From NCBI GenBank assembly GCA_022792835.1, contig JAAWBT010000035.1, forward strand, positions 610 through 64,609: a stretch of 64,000 nt of DNA. Reading direction: 5' to 3'. The notes beneath the pieces were generated by a model, which ran no database searches, was not told where the DNA came from, and worked only from the letters and a program-made list of their open reading frames with translations. The stretch comes from Lachnospiraceae bacterium (lineage in GTDB: Bacteria; Bacillota; Clostridia; Lachnospirales; Lachnospiraceae). This document shows positions 40,638 to 51,369 of this stretch, piece by piece. Made by a program: the position numbers and the translations under genes. The stretch's first letter is position 1. Each line of letters begins with the position of its first letter.

Positions 40638-40887
40638 ACTCCTTCTTCCTTTCCCACCGTTTCACGGTTATAATTATATATGTAGTTTACTAAATTTTCT
40701 GTATTATTGCAATCTCTTTTTTACTTTTTATGAAAAAAATGTAAAAATCTTGAAATTCTGATGGTTGTCCTGGGAATAGAAATCTTTTTTCTGGAAAATA
40801 TATTTTCAAAATTCTATAATTCAGAAAAAGCAGGAGGACCAAAACAGCCTTCCTGCCTTTTTCTATCTGTTCTCTTTTCTCTCCACT

Positions 40888-43077
40888 CTAGTCTTCCAGC
40901 CTCTCTCTGGGAATAAACGTCCGGCCAGATATCATTGGTTCCTTCTTTTTCTTTAATTCCTCCGCCGCCAAAACCGCCTCCTCGGCAAAGACTGTCTGAG
41001 AATCCACCAGAATCTTTCCCCGCTTATCCGGCTTCTCGTAGGTACCGTCCGGCTTAAGAATATGGGACCGGACATTGTCGGCAAGCTCTGTCTCCAAGAT
41101 GTGGAGGGCCCGCTCCTTATTTTCTTCCACTTCCACCGGGAAGAGAAGCTCCACTCTCCGGTCCAAATTTCTGGGCATCCAGTCAGCACTTCCCATATAG
41201 ATCTCATAACTTCCGCCGTTGCCAAAATAGAAGATCCGGCTGTGCTCCAGGAACGTCCCCACGATGGAACGGACTGTAATATTATCACTCACGCCTGGGA
41301 TCCCGGTCTTTAAACTGCAGATTCCCCGGACGATCAGATCAATCTTCACCCCTCTCGCCGAAGCTTTATAAAGCTCCTCGATGATCACCGGATCACACAG
41401 AGAATTCATTTTCGCGATGATCCTCCCCTCATATCCCTGGGACACACATTTGATTTCCCGTCTGATGAGAGCCACAAACCGGTTCTTAAGCCACAAAGGG
41501 GCCATGGAGAGCTTATTCCAGGAAAGGGGCTCTGAATAACCGGAAAGCATGTTGAACACCGCGCTTGCGTCCTCCCCGACAGCCCGGTCGCAGGTCATGA
41601 TCCCTGTATCTGTGTAAAGCTTTGCCGTGGAATCATTGTAATTCCCCGTCGCCATGTGGACATACCGGCGGATGCCATCCTCTTCCTTCCGGACCACCAG
41701 ACAGATTTTGCAGTGGGTCTTTAAGCCTAAAAGCCCGTAGATCACATGACAGCCCGCCTGTTCCAGCCTCCTTGCCCAGATAATGTTGTTTTCTTCATCA
41801 AACCGGGCCTTAAGCTCCACCAGGACGGTCACCTGCTTGCCGTTTTCCGCTGCTTTTGCCAGCGCCGCCACAATGGGAGAATGGCCGCTCACCCGGTACA
41901 AGGTCTGTTTGATGGCAAGAACCTGGGGATCTGCTGCCGCCTGCTTCACAAAATCCACCACCGGATCAAAAGACTCGTAAGGATGATGCAAGAAAATATT
42001 CCCCTTGCGGATATTGGCAAAAATATCGTCCTCGTTGGCAAACTCCGGGACAAGCTGAGGCTTCCAGGGCCTTTGCTTCAGGTGGTCAAAGCCCTCCTCC
42101 CCGTAAAACTTCATCAAAAACGTGAGATCCAGAGGCCCGCCTATGAAAAAGGTCACGTCGTCCTTGATGGCAAATTCCTTTTTCAGAATCTTGAGGAGCC
42201 GCTTGTCAATGTTCTCTTCCACCTCCAGGCGGATGACTTCTCCCCACTGTCTCCTCTTTAACTGCCTCTCAATCTCCTTAAGGAGATCCTCCGCCTCTTC
42301 CTCATCAATAGGAAGATCTGCGTTTCGCATGATTCGGTAAGGATGGGCGCAGACGATCTCGTAATTGAGAAACAGGCGGCTCATATTTCTCTCAATGATC
42401 TCTTCCAGCAAAATAACTGCCCGTTCCCCGTCCTTCCCGCCGGGAATCTCCACAATCCTTGGCAGCACCGCCGGCACCTGCACTGTGGCAAACTCCAGGG
42501 CGCCCTTCTTCTCCCCGTCTTTTTTCTCGTTTTCTTTTTTCTCACTGCCCTTTTTCTTTTTCAACAGAGCCGCTATGTTCAGGCTCTTGTTCCGCACCAG
42601 AGGAAAGGGCCTGGAGGAATCCACAGCCATGGGGGTCACCACCGGATAGACCGACGACTCAAAATAGTCGTCCACAAAGGCCGCCTGCTTTTCATTTAAC
42701 TGCTCGTGATGAGAAATGACCTCGATTCCTTCTTTTTTAAGAAGGGGGAGCAGGGACCGGTTCCAGGTGGAGTACTGGACATCCACCAACTCATGCATTC
42801 CCCGGCCGATGGCCTCAAGCTGTTCTCCGGCCGTCATTCCGGCGATATCCCGCCCTTTATAATCCGCATGGACCATGTCCTTCAAAGAAGCCACCCGGAC
42901 CATAACGAATTCATCCAGATTGGATGCTGTGATGGACAAAAACTTTAACCGCTCAAAGAGCAGGTTATTCTTATCCCGGGCCTCACTGAGAACCCGGTAA
43001 TTAAACTGGAGCCAGGAAAGTTCCCTGTTTTCAAAATATTCAACCTTTCGGAAATCCCTCTCTTCTCCCATGGTCAC
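40888..43077 (-). CDS. ppk1: Polyphosphate kinase 1
   Basis: NRELSWL, NLDEF, HHPY.SF, ELKARFDE, KTHCK, TGNYN, EHSR, SADWMPRN. Confidence 0.97.
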   Translation of the reverse strand: MTMGEERDFRKVEYFENRELSWLQFNYRVLSEARDKNNLLFERLKFLSITASNLDEFVMVRVASLKDMVHADYKGRDIAGMTAGEQLEAIGRGMHELVDVQYSTWNRSLLPLLKKEGIEVISHHEQLNEKQAAFVDDYFESSVYPVVTPMAVDSSRPFPLVRNKSLNIAALLKKKKGSEKKENEKKDGEKKGALEFATVQVPAVLPRIVEIPGGKDGERAVILLEEIIERNMSRLFLNYEIVCAHPYRIMRNADLPIDEEEAEDLLKEIERQLKRRQWGEVIRLEVEENIDKRLLKILKKEFAIKDDVTFFIGGPLDLTFLMKFYGEEGFDHLKQRPWKPQLVPEFANEDDIFANIRKGNIFLHHPYESFDPVVDFVKQAAADPQVLAIKQTLYRVSGHSPIVAALAKAAENGKQVTVLVELKARFDEENNIIWARRLEQAGCHVIYGLLGLKTHCKICLVVRKEEDGIRRYVHMATGNYNDSTAKLYTDTGIMTCDRAVGEDASAVFNMLSGYSEPLSWNKLSMAPLWLKNRFVALIRREIKCVSQGYEGRIIAKMNSLCDPVIIEELYKASARGVKIDLIVRGICSLKTGIPGVSDNITVRSIVGTFLEHSRIFYFGNGGSYEIYMGSADWMPRNLDRRVELLFPVEVEENKERALHILETELADNVRSHILKPDGTYEKPDKRGKILVDSQTVFAEEAVLAAEELKKKKEPMISGRTFIPRERLED

Positions 43078-44603
43078 ACCCCCTTCTTTTTCTTGAGCAC
43101 CGGCCGGATGCCGTAAACCTCTTCAAAGAAGTCCGCCCGGTGGGCAAACAGCGCCTCCTCCAGCAGAATACTCTCCGGCGAAGAGGTGGTGATGAACATC
43201 TGCTGATCCTTGACTGAGATGCGCACATCCTTGAATTTCTGCTTCTGGCTCCGGTCCATGGCATTGCCGATCTTAAGGATGGCCGTAAGCTTCGCGATGG
43301 TAATCCGCATGGACTTATTTAAACTTACGTCCCCAGTCGTATAATCAAACTCCACAGTATTATATTTCACCACATTGGCAATGATCACCCGCTCCCTGTG
43401 GGACACGCCGATGATCTCTGTGGAGAGAATGATATTGTAAGCACATTCTCCCGGCGTCTTCATGCTGATGTAATTGCCGCAGTCGTGCAAAATGGCGCTG
43501 ATCTGCAAAAGAAGCCGCTCCCGCTTCCCAAGGCCATGGTACTTCTTCATGCCGTCGAAAATGTTCAACACATTCTTTTCCAGAACAGCCGTGTGATCCC
43601 GGTCGCTCATATACCGCTTTGCGATATTCCTGGCTGCCACAAGAATATCCTTGGAAAAGTCGTGGGCAAAATGGATTAGCTTCTTCTGCTCCGCAAATTC
43701 CGCCACAATGCCGTCGCCAAGCCTGACCCCCGGAAGCCAGACCATCTCCGCCTCCGTGGCGTCAATCAGTCTTTTGTAGACCATGGCCCCCGGCACCACC
43801 AGGGACACGAACTCTGCCGGAATGTCATATTTCTCCGCAATCTGGTCCTCCCCCATATTCCGCAAATCTTCGTAAAACTCCATGAATTCCTGGGCGCTGA
43901 CCCTCTGCTTATCTGCATGGGCGCCCCTTCCCAGATACATGGCGCATACGCCGGTGGCAATGATATTTTTCACATTCCGTTCTTTTAAAAAGAGCTTTTT
44001 AAAGGCTGTAATGTCATTGTCAATGAACTCCTGGGCCAGCTTTTTCCGGTCCTCGGCCATTCCGCCGATCCTGGCCAGAATCTGGTGGATTCTGAGGGCC
44101 CCAAGCTTTAAGTTCTGAGTCGTCACCAGGGCGTCCTTGTCAAAGAGGGAAATCTGAGTGCTGCCAGACCCCACTTCCACAATGGCCGTCCCTTTCTGGA
44201 TGATGTTATTGAATTCATTTTCCTTGGCCGCAATGGCTTTGTAGCAGAGAAACCGCTGTTCCGAATTGCTGAGGACATCAATCTCGATGCCGGTGCGCAC
44301 CCGGATCTGGTCCAAAACCACCTCCCTGTTCTCCGCCTCTCTGATCGCGCTGGTTCCGTAGGCCCGGTAATTTTCCACCTGGTATTCCGCCATGACTCCC
44401 TGGAACCGGTGCAAAAGTCTGCACATCTCGTCCACCCGGTCATAGCTGATGATCCCCCGCTCATAAGTGTCCCGCCCTAACCCAATCACCTTCCGGATCC
44501 GTTCCAACTGGGCAATCCCCTTTTTCGGCGAAATCTCGTAAATGGTAAGTTCCAGCTCATAAGACCCCACATCAAGAGCTGCAAACGTCGTAACAGACGC
44601 CAT
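43074..44603 (-). CDS. ppx: Ppx/GppA-family protein with C-terminal HD domain, altered catalytic residues
   Basis: DVGS, GTSAIREA, EVGSGSTQ, ILHDCG; overlaps ppk1 start. Confidence 0.8.
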   Translation of the reverse strand: MASVTTFAALDVGSYELELTIYEISPKKGIAQLERIRKVIGLGRDTYERGIISYDRVDEMCRLLHRFQGVMAEYQVENYRAYGTSAIREAENREVVLDQIRVRTGIEIDVLSNSEQRFLCYKAIAAKENEFNNIIQKGTAIVEVGSGSTQISLFDKDALVTTQNLKLGALRIHQILARIGGMAEDRKKLAQEFIDNDITAFKKLFLKERNVKNIIATGVCAMYLGRGAHADKQRVSAQEFMEFYEDLRNMGEDQIAEKYDIPAEFVSLVVPGAMVYKRLIDATEAEMVWLPGVRLGDGIVAEFAEQKKLIHFAHDFSKDILVAARNIAKRYMSDRDHTAVLEKNVLNIFDGMKKYHGLGKRERLLLQISAILHDCGNYISMKTPGECAYNIILSTEIIGVSHRERVIIANVVKYNTVEFDYTTGDVSLNKSMRITIAKLTAILKIGNAMDRSQKQKFKDVRISVKDQQMFITTSSPESILLEEALFAHRADFFEEVYGIRPVLKKKKGV

Positions 44604-44629
44604 GGTTCCACCCCCTCGTTTTTACCTTT

Positions 44630-45901
44630 TTACCTTCTTGTCCCCTTTAAGTATGTGATAAATTGGACTGCCGTCCGGCCGGAGATGCCGCCGTGGGAAA
44701 GCTCCCATTTGTTGGCCAGAAGGAGAAGCTCTTCCTCCGGCATTTCAATCCCGGCCCGTTTGGCCAGGGTTATCACAATTGCTTTGAATTCTTTTGGCTC
44801 CGGCCTTCCGAAATAAATAGTGACTCCGAATCTTGAGGACAAAGACAGCTTCTCCTGGACTGTGTCGGATCGATGCATATCCTCCCGCACTTCTTCCTTG
44901 TCGCTGAAATTTTCCCGGATCAGATGACGCCTGTTGGATGTGGCGTAGATCAGCACATTCCCCGGCTTCACTTCCAGGCCTCCCTCAATGATCGCCTTCA
45001 AATATTTATAGTCCACCTCAAATTCTTCGAAGGACAGGTCATCCATGTAAATGATAAACTTATAATTCCTGTTTTTGATCTGAGCGATTACGTCTGAGAG
45101 ATCCTTGAACTGATGCTTATAAATCTCAATCATCCTCAGGCCCTTATCATAGTATTTGTGGAGAATGGCTTTTATGCTGGAGGATTTCCCTGTCCCGCTG
45201 TCGCCAAAGAGCAGACAGTTGTTGGCCTCCCTCCCCTCCACGAAAGCCTCCGTGTTCTCAATGAGCTTCCTCTTCTGGCTCTCATACCCCACCAGATCGT
45301 CCAGATAGACATGCTCAATATTCTTAATGGGCACAATCTGGGCCCGCCCCTTCTTATGCTCCACCCGGAAAGCCTTGTGAAGCCCAAATTTCCCCACACC
45401 GAACCTGCGGTAAAAATCTGTGAGGATCTCATGCCATTTTCTGTCCGTCTCCGCCCTGGAAAGAGCTTCCGAGAGGGCCTGGATATTGTCCCGGATCCGG
45501 CGGTTAAAGATCTGGCTGTGAGTCCCAGTGCTCTCATATGTCTTTAAAAAACAAAACACCCTGGTGTCAAGGCTTTCGTCCAGGTCCTCCAGATCGTACT
45601 CAAACCATTCCCGGAAAAGGGCAAAATCATGGAGAGCCAGGGCGTTGACCGTCCCCTCCACCATCCCCCGGATCTCACAGGCCGTGCTGAATGCATTTTC
45701 AGTCGTAGCCAGCACATATGCCAGAAAGCTGTGCCACAGGTTCCCCTTAAAGCCGTGGGCCGCCGAAAATTCTGTCAGCTTCCCCGCTGTCTCATAAGGG
45801 TCAAAGGAAGCCCTCGCTCCCTGCTCCATGAGGGCCGTCATGGCCTCTAAAATTTCCTTATGCCCCGGATCCCGGTACAGGATCAGTTCCTTACTTTTCA
45901 T
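44630..45901 (-). CDS. DUF815-family AAA+ ATPase
   Basis: NNCLLFGDSGTGKSS, DDLSFE, YATSNRRHL, EKLSLSSRFG, SGRTA.QF. Confidence 0.88.
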   Translation of the reverse strand: MKSKELILYRDPGHKEILEAMTALMEQGARASFDPYETAGKLTEFSAAHGFKGNLWHSFLAYVLATTENAFSTACEIRGMVEGTVNALALHDFALFREWFEYDLEDLDESLDTRVFCFLKTYESTGTHSQIFNRRIRDNIQALSEALSRAETDRKWHEILTDFYRRFGVGKFGLHKAFRVEHKKGRAQIVPIKNIEHVYLDDLVGYESQKRKLIENTEAFVEGREANNCLLFGDSGTGKSSSIKAILHKYYDKGLRMIEIYKHQFKDLSDVIAQIKNRNYKFIIYMDDLSFEEFEVDYKYLKAIIEGGLEVKPGNVLIYATSNRRHLIRENFSDKEEVREDMHRSDTVQEKLSLSSRFGVTIYFGRPEPKEFKAIVITLAKRAGIEMPEEELLLLANKWELSHGGISGRTAVQFITYLKGTRR

Positions 45902-45943
45902 CAGCGTTCTTTCCTTTGTCCATAGATTTAGATGATCTGGCGG

Positions 45944-47092
45944 TCATTTCAGACCAGATATATAATTGCCGAGAATCCGGAAATAATTGGCTTCTTCCAG
46001 GATCCCCCGCAACGCGTTCTTTACCCCAGCATCCCCCAGGTTGCCCTCAAAATCCACGAAAAAACGGAACTCCCAGGGCCGTCCCAGAATGGGCCTGGAC
46101 TCTAACTTCACCATGTTTAACCCATTGTAGGTCAAATGGGACAGCATGTTGTAAAGTGCCGCATTCTCATGCTTTGTCTCAAAACAGACACTCAATTTAT
46201 CGGCAGAAGCCTCATAGAGCTTTTGGCTGGCCACCACAATGAACCGGGTGACATTCCCCTTATGGTTCATCACATTCCCATCCAGAATCTTTAAACCGTA
46301 AAGATTCCCCGCCATCTCGCTGGCAATGGCTGCCTGAGACCTGTCTCCAGCCTCCTTCACCTCCTTGGCAGAAAGAGCCGTGTTCCCCGTACTGTGCCTG
46401 GTCCATTCTTTATGTTCATCCAGATAAGTACTGCACTGCATAAGCCCCTGGGGATGGGAATAGACCAGCTTAATGTCGGAAAGCGATGCCTCTGGAAGCC
46501 CAAGAAGCACATGATCCACCTTCACGTAGGTCTCTCCCACAATATAATTGTCAAATTTTACCAGCAGGTCATAAATGTCCGCCACACTCCCCGCCGAGGA
46601 ATTTTCAATGGGAAGTACCGCAAAATCTGCTGTCCCTGCACAGAGAGCCTTCATGGCATCGTCCCAGGTTCTCACGTTGAAAAGCTTTGTCCGTTCTCCG
46701 AAAAACTGCAGAGCCGCCGCATGGCTGTAAGCGCCTTCCACCCCCTGATATACCACCCTTGCCCTGGATTTGGGAAGGTTCGGAACCATCTCAAATGGAA
46801 GCCCCGTGACCACACCGTGGTCGGCCAGAAGCTCATACTGGAGCTTCCGGCTCATGGACATGATCTGGGTGAAGAGCTCCCTGACTCCGTATCGGGTAAA
46901 TTCTGAACTGGCCTGCTCCGAAAGGACTGCTAATTTCTCCGTCTCCCGCTTCCGGTCAAGGACCTGCATACCCGTCTCAATCTTATATTCTGCCACGTCT
47001 CTGCAAAGCCCCATCCTCTTCTCAAAAAGTTCTACCAGTTTCCCGTCGATGTCATCAATCTCTTTTCTGATCTCTTTTAAATCCATTCCCAT
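45944..47092 (-). CDS. pheA: Chorismate mutase-prephenate dehydratase
   Basis: IRKEID.ID CM domain; YQGVEGAYS, PIENS, SHPQ, NVTRF, ESRP ACT domain. Confidence 0.93.
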   Translation of the reverse strand: MGMDLKEIRKEIDDIDGKLVELFEKRMGLCRDVAEYKIETGMQVLDRKRETEKLAVLSEQASSEFTRYGVRELFTQIMSMSRKLQYELLADHGVVTGLPFEMVPNLPKSRARVVYQGVEGAYSHAAALQFFGERTKLFNVRTWDDAMKALCAGTADFAVLPIENSSAGSVADIYDLLVKFDNYIVGETYVKVDHVLLGLPEASLSDIKLVYSHPQGLMQCSTYLDEHKEWTRHSTGNTALSAKEVKEAGDRSQAAIASEMAGNLYGLKILDGNVMNHKGNVTRFIVVASQKLYEASADKLSVCFETKHENAALYNMLSHLTYNGLNMVKLESRPILGRPWEFRFFVDFEGNLGDAGVKNALRGILEEANYFRILGNYISGLK

Positions 47093-47169
47093 TCCCCGCT
47101 CTCTGCTGTTTTTTCCACAATGAGTCCGCCACCACAAAGCGAAGCCGTCTTCCAAAGGGCTTTTCTCAT

Positions 47170-47985
47170 TTATGGCAGAAGCTCTTCCAAAAGGGTCTTG
47201 ACCCGCTTATTTAGGAGAGGATGAACCTTGTAAGGTGCAATCTGCGCCAAAGGCTCCAGCACAAAGAGACGTTTTTCGATCTCTGGATGGGGCACCACAA
47301 GCTCCTCTGTCTCCAAAATCTCATTTCCATAAAAAAGCAGATCCAGATCCAGGGTCCTGGGCCCCCAGTGGATCAGCCGTTCCCGTTTCTCCTTGCGCTC
47401 CGCCTCATGAAGCACTTCCAAAAGCTCATGGGGAGTGAGAAGCGTATCAAGCTCCAGACAGCCGTTTAAAAACTCATCCTGCTCCACGCCGCCATAGGGC
47501 TCTGTGACAATCATGTCAGAAATCCGTCCCAGGCGGATCCGCCTGTCATCCTTAAGAGCCTGGAGTCCCGCCTCAATGTGGGCTCTCTTATCCCCCATAT
47601 TGGAACCAAAAGCCACATAAGCCTTCTGCCAGCCCCGCTCAATCCTCACCGAGACTGTCTCCAGGGGAAGCCCTACCGGCGCCCAGGGCTTTTTGATTTC
47701 TAAAACAATCCCCTTCATCAGCGGAAACGTAAGCAGCAAGTGCTCTGCCAGCTCCTCTGCCGCCGCCTCAATCAGCTTTTTCGTATGAGCCTTCATGTAA
47801 GAAGTGATCTCCTCCGCCACCAGCCCATAATGGATAGAATGCTCCAGTTCATCCCCAAGGCCTGCTTTGCGGGTATCACACAAAAGCTCTGCGCTCACCA
47901 AAAACTTCTGTCCCAGTTTATTTTCTTCCGGAAATACGCCGTGATTGGCGAACACCTCCAGATTTTGTACGGTAATCCTGTCCAT
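47170..47985 (-). CDS. folK: Bifunctional dihydroneopterin aldolase / HMDP pyrophosphokinase (FolB-FolK fusion)
   Basis: HGV..EE...GQKF and KPWAP (FolB); GSNMGD, WGPRTLDLD, PHP (FolK). Confidence 0.95.
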   Translation of the reverse strand: MDRITVQNLEVFANHGVFPEENKLGQKFLVSAELLCDTRKAGLGDELEHSIHYGLVAEEITSYMKAHTKKLIEAAAEELAEHLLLTFPLMKGIVLEIKKPWAPVGLPLETVSVRIERGWQKAYVAFGSNMGDKRAHIEAGLQALKDDRRIRLGRISDMIVTEPYGGVEQDEFLNGCLELDTLLTPHELLEVLHEAERKEKRERLIHWGPRTLDLDLLFYGNEILETEELVVPHPEIEKRLFVLEPLAQIAPYKVHPLLNKRVKTLLEELLP

Positions 47986-47998
47986 CTCGTTTCCTCTC

Positions 47999-48808
47999 TC
48001 ATGCCTGCAAAATGGCTTCTGTCATCTTGACTGCCCTGGCATTTTCTTTCACGTCGTGGACCCGCACAAAGGCGCAGCCCTTCATCACGCCCATCACTGT
48101 AGTCGCAAGAGTTCCCTCCAGCCGATCTGTGGCCGGAAGATCCAGGGTCAGCCCGATCATGGACTTTCTGGAAGTGCCAAGAAGCACCGGATACCCCAGA
48201 TCATTCAGAGTCTCCAGCCGGTTCATCAAAATCAGATTGTGTTCATAGGTCTTTCCAAAACCCATGCCGGGATCCAAAATAATCCGGTCCTTAGCCACCC
48301 CTGCCTTTTTCGCAAGATCTACCGATTGGAGAAGATCCGCCTTCACTTCCTCCAGATAATTCTCATAGACTGGTTCCTTCCGGTTATGCATGAGACAGCA
48401 GGCCGCCCCTGTCCTGGCGATCACCTCTGCCATCCGGCCGTCATACTTACATCCCCAGATATCGTTGACCAGACAGGCGCCGGCTTTCACCGCCGCCTCT
48501 GCCACACCGCTTTTATAAGTATCAATGGAAATAGGAATGTCAAAACGCTCCCCCACTGCCTCGATGACTGGAAGCACCCGTTCCATCTCCTCCTCATCCG
48601 GAAGAACAGCCCCGTAGCCGGGCCTGGTAGACTCTCCGCCGATATCAATGATATCTGCACCATCCTTTATCATTTCCTCTGCATGGGAAAGAGCCGCATC
48701 CAGCTGGTCCCACTTTCCCCCGTCTGAAAAAGAATCCGGCGTCACATTGAGGATTCCCATAATGTATGTATGCTTTCCAATCTCAAATTCCCGATTTCCG
48801 ATTTTCAC
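47999..48808 (-). CDS. folP: Dihydropteroate synthase
   Basis: GILNVTPDSFSDGG, GGESTRPG, DPG.GF, SRKS, RVHDV. Confidence 0.97.
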   Translation of the reverse strand: MKIGNREFEIGKHTYIMGILNVTPDSFSDGGKWDQLDAALSHAEEMIKDGADIIDIGGESTRPGYGAVLPDEEEMERVLPVIEAVGERFDIPISIDTYKSGVAEAAVKAGACLVNDIWGCKYDGRMAEVIARTGAACCLMHNRKEPVYENYLEEVKADLLQSVDLAKKAGVAKDRIILDPGMGFGKTYEHNLILMNRLETLNDLGYPVLLGTSRKSMIGLTLDLPATDRLEGTLATTVMGVMKGCAFVRVHDVKENARAVKMTEAILQA

Positions 48809-48825
48809 TTTCTTCCTCCACCCTG

Positions 48826-49308
48826 CTACCGCTTCACATAATAATTTTTCCGCTCTATAGGCCAGTTACAGGATCCCTGTGCCTTGCAGACAAAGCAGGC
48901 TCTAGAACCCTTGTCCGCCTCATAGAGAATCTTCGACAGAAGCTTCTCCCCTGCCGCCTCCCTGGACCGGTGGCCGCTGATGGCCTCCAAAATTTGAACA
49001 CACTCTTCCTCGTCAAAGCCGCAGTCTGTGAGAACCGTCTCTGCGATCAAAGCTCCTGCCTTGTCATGGGGCATCCCCGTCTCATACTGGCTGGCCCTGC
49101 CGATATCATGGAGCAAGGCTGCCCCATATACCACGTCCTTTCTGATGGGGAGCTTCTCCTCCAGCACTGCGATGTAGGCTAATCTCGCCACACTTAGAAG
49201 ATGGTCAATATCGTGCCGGCAGTACATCCGATCCCGCTCCAGACGATTTAATTTCTTCATTTCTTTAATAAAAATTTCATGCTGAATGATTCGGTTTACC
49301 CGTTCCAT
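48826..49308 (-). CDS. HD-domain phosphohydrolase in folate operon
   Basis: H...H...VAR, ALLHDIGR, H, EAD motifs; AGGAGG RBS before ATG 49308. Confidence 0.85.
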   Translation of the reverse strand: MERVNRIIQHEIFIKEMKKLNRLERDRMYCRHDIDHLLSVARLAYIAVLEEKLPIRKDVVYGAALLHDIGRASQYETGMPHDKAGALIAETVLTDCGFDEEECVQILEAISGHRSREAAGEKLLSKILYEADKGSRACFVCKAQGSCNWPIERKNYYVKR

Positions 49309-49372
49309 AAATTCCTCCTGCCTTCTTTCTCTACAGGGGCGCGCCGCGAAAATGGCTGCGCCGCGTTTATCC

Positions 49373-49933
49373 CTATCCCTGGCGCAGCATGGCGAACACT
49401 CTCTCGCAAAGCGCCGGATTCTCCTGAAAGACTCCCCTGCAGGCATAGGTCATGGTCTTGGCCCCAGGCTTTCGAATTCCCCGCATGGTCATGCACATAT
49501 GCTCTGCCTCAATGACTACCATGGAGCCCTTGGGCTTTAAATGTTCCATCAGTGCATCGGCAATCTGAGACGTAAGCTGCTCCTGGATCTGGGGACGTCT
49601 GGCATACGCCTCCACCGTGCGGGCCAGTTTACTCAGCCCCACCACCCGGCCGTCCGGCATATAGGCCACATGAGCCTTTCCATAAAAAGGAAGCAGATGA
49701 TGTTCGCACATGGAGTAAAGGGCAATGTCTTTCTCCAGTACAATCTCATTCCCCACTGCCGGGAAAGTTTTGGAAAGGTGTACGGCCACTTCCTCATCCG
49801 TTCCGCCATAGATCTCTTCACACATCCTTGCGATCCGGTCGGGCGTTCCCACAAGCCCTTCCCTGTTTACATCCTCGCCAATGCCTTCCAACAAAAGACG
49901 TACCGCCGCTTCCACTTTCTCTCTGTCAATCAT
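49373..49933 (-). CDS. folE: GTP cyclohydrolase I
   Basis: [33 protein letters not shown]. Confidence 0.97.
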   Translation of the reverse strand: MIDREKVEAAVRLLLEGIGEDVNREGLVGTPDRIARMCEEIYGGTDEEVAVHLSKTFPAVGNEIVLEKDIALYSMCEHHLLPFYGKAHVAYMPDGRVVGLSKLARTVEAYARRPQIQEQLTSQIADALMEHLKPKGSMVVIEAEHMCMTMRGIRKPGAKTMTYACRGVFQENPALCERVFAMLRQG

Positions 49934-51236
49934 GGATACTCTCCTTTAAGGCTTTTGACAGTTCTCCCAGATAAGAAAGCGAGCCGAAGGCCACGACCAC
50001 ACCGCCCTCTCCCGCCTGGGAAATAGAGTCCTGCACTGCCTTCTTTATGCTGCTTTCTGCCTGCACCCTCCCGCAAAATCCGATCTCTTTTGCCCGTTCT
50101 TTGATATAGGACGAAAGCGACTCCCCGGAGAGCGCCCTGGGGCTTTCAGGTGTCACCGTATAGATCTGATCCGCCAAAGGCGCCGTGATCTTTACAATCT
50201 CTCGGTAATCCTTATCTGCCAATATCCCCATTATATATATCATTCTTCTGTTTGGGAAATACAAGTTCAGGGAATCCCTAAGCCTTTCAGCCGCCTCCGG
50301 ATTGTGGGCCCCGTCTATGAGAAATACCGGTCGGTCCGAAAGCTTTTCAAAGCGTCCCGGCCATTTCACAGACGCCATTCCCTCATAAACTGCATTCTCT
50401 TCCATATCATAGCCCAAATCCCGGAGAATTTCAACTACTTCAAGAGCCGTACAGGCGTTTATTATCTGATATTTTCCGGCCAGTGGAATTTTTATTTTCC
50501 GAAATCCTTTATAATGGAAAAGACTTCCGGAAAGTCCTGTTTCCAAAATCTCTGCCCCGTCTGGCCGGGACACCTTAAGAGGCGAATGCTTCTCCATACA
50601 GATTTCCCGGATGACCCTCATCACCGCCTCCCCCTGGCCGCAAAGAACCGTGGGCCTCCCTTCTTTGATGATACCGCCTTTGACCCTTGCGATCTCTTCC
50701 AGGGTGTTTCCCAAAAACTGCATGTGATCCATACTGACGGAGGCAATCACGCTGCAGACCGTAGTCTTTACCGCATTGGTCGCATCTCCCGCCCCTCCCA
50801 TTCCGGTCTCCAAAGCCACCAGATCACAGCCCTGTTCCTTAAAATACAAGAAGGAAACCGCCGTCTCCGTCTCAAAGGCTGTCGGATGAGAAAGCCCCTC
50901 TGCTTCCATCTCTTCACTCACCCGCCGTACCTCGCTGATCAGCCTGGCTGCATCCCCTTCTGAAATACTCTCTCCGTTCACTTTAATCTTTTCACTGTAA
51001 GAAAACACCGACGGAGAATGGTAGCGTCCTATCCGGTATCCCGCTGCCTGACAGACCGATGCGATAAAAGCCAGGGTGGAACCTTTCCCATTAGTCCCCG
51101 CAATATGGATAAAAGAAAGCTCCTCCTGAGGATTCCCCAGCCTTTCAAGGAGCTCCTCCATGGTCGAAAGCCCCAGGGAAATTTTCTTCGTCCGTGTAAT
51201 CTCTTCAATATATGCTTTTGCTTCTGTAAAATTCAT
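49926..51236 (-). CDS. folC: Dihydrofolate/folylpolyglutamate synthase
   Basis: [22 protein letters not shown]...LG, WPGR, DGAHN. Confidence 0.95.
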   Translation of the reverse strand: MNFTEAKAYIEEITRTKKISLGLSTMEELLERLGNPQEELSFIHIAGTNGKGSTLAFIASVCQAAGYRIGRYHSPSVFSYSEKIKVNGESISEGDAARLISEVRRVSEEMEAEGLSHPTAFETETAVSFLYFKEQGCDLVALETGMGGAGDATNAVKTTVCSVIASVSMDHMQFLGNTLEEIARVKGGIIKEGRPTVLCGQGEAVMRVIREICMEKHSPLKVSRPDGAEILETGLSGSLFHYKGFRKIKIPLAGKYQIINACTALEVVEILRDLGYDMEENAVYEGMASVKWPGRFEKLSDRPVFLIDGAHNPEAAERLRDSLNLYFPNRRMIYIMGILADKDYREIVKITAPLADQIYTVTPESPRALSGESLSSYIKERAKEIGFCGRVQAESSIKKAVQDSISQAGEGGVVVAFGSLSYLGELSKALKESIHD

Positions 51237-51369
51237 GATTTGTCCTCCGCCTGAATCTTCCTGCAACGCTTACATCTCAATTATCTTATCACAGGAACCA
51301 TACAAGGACAATCCAAATTATTCAAGAAAATCTGGCATAAATCTCCTTCCCACCACCCATACTGATACC

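Noticed and set aside
40660-40830. CodY-like boxes upstream of the DAACS symporter
   Set aside because: Best matches have about 4 mismatches in very AT-rich DNA; not distinguishable from chance by eye.
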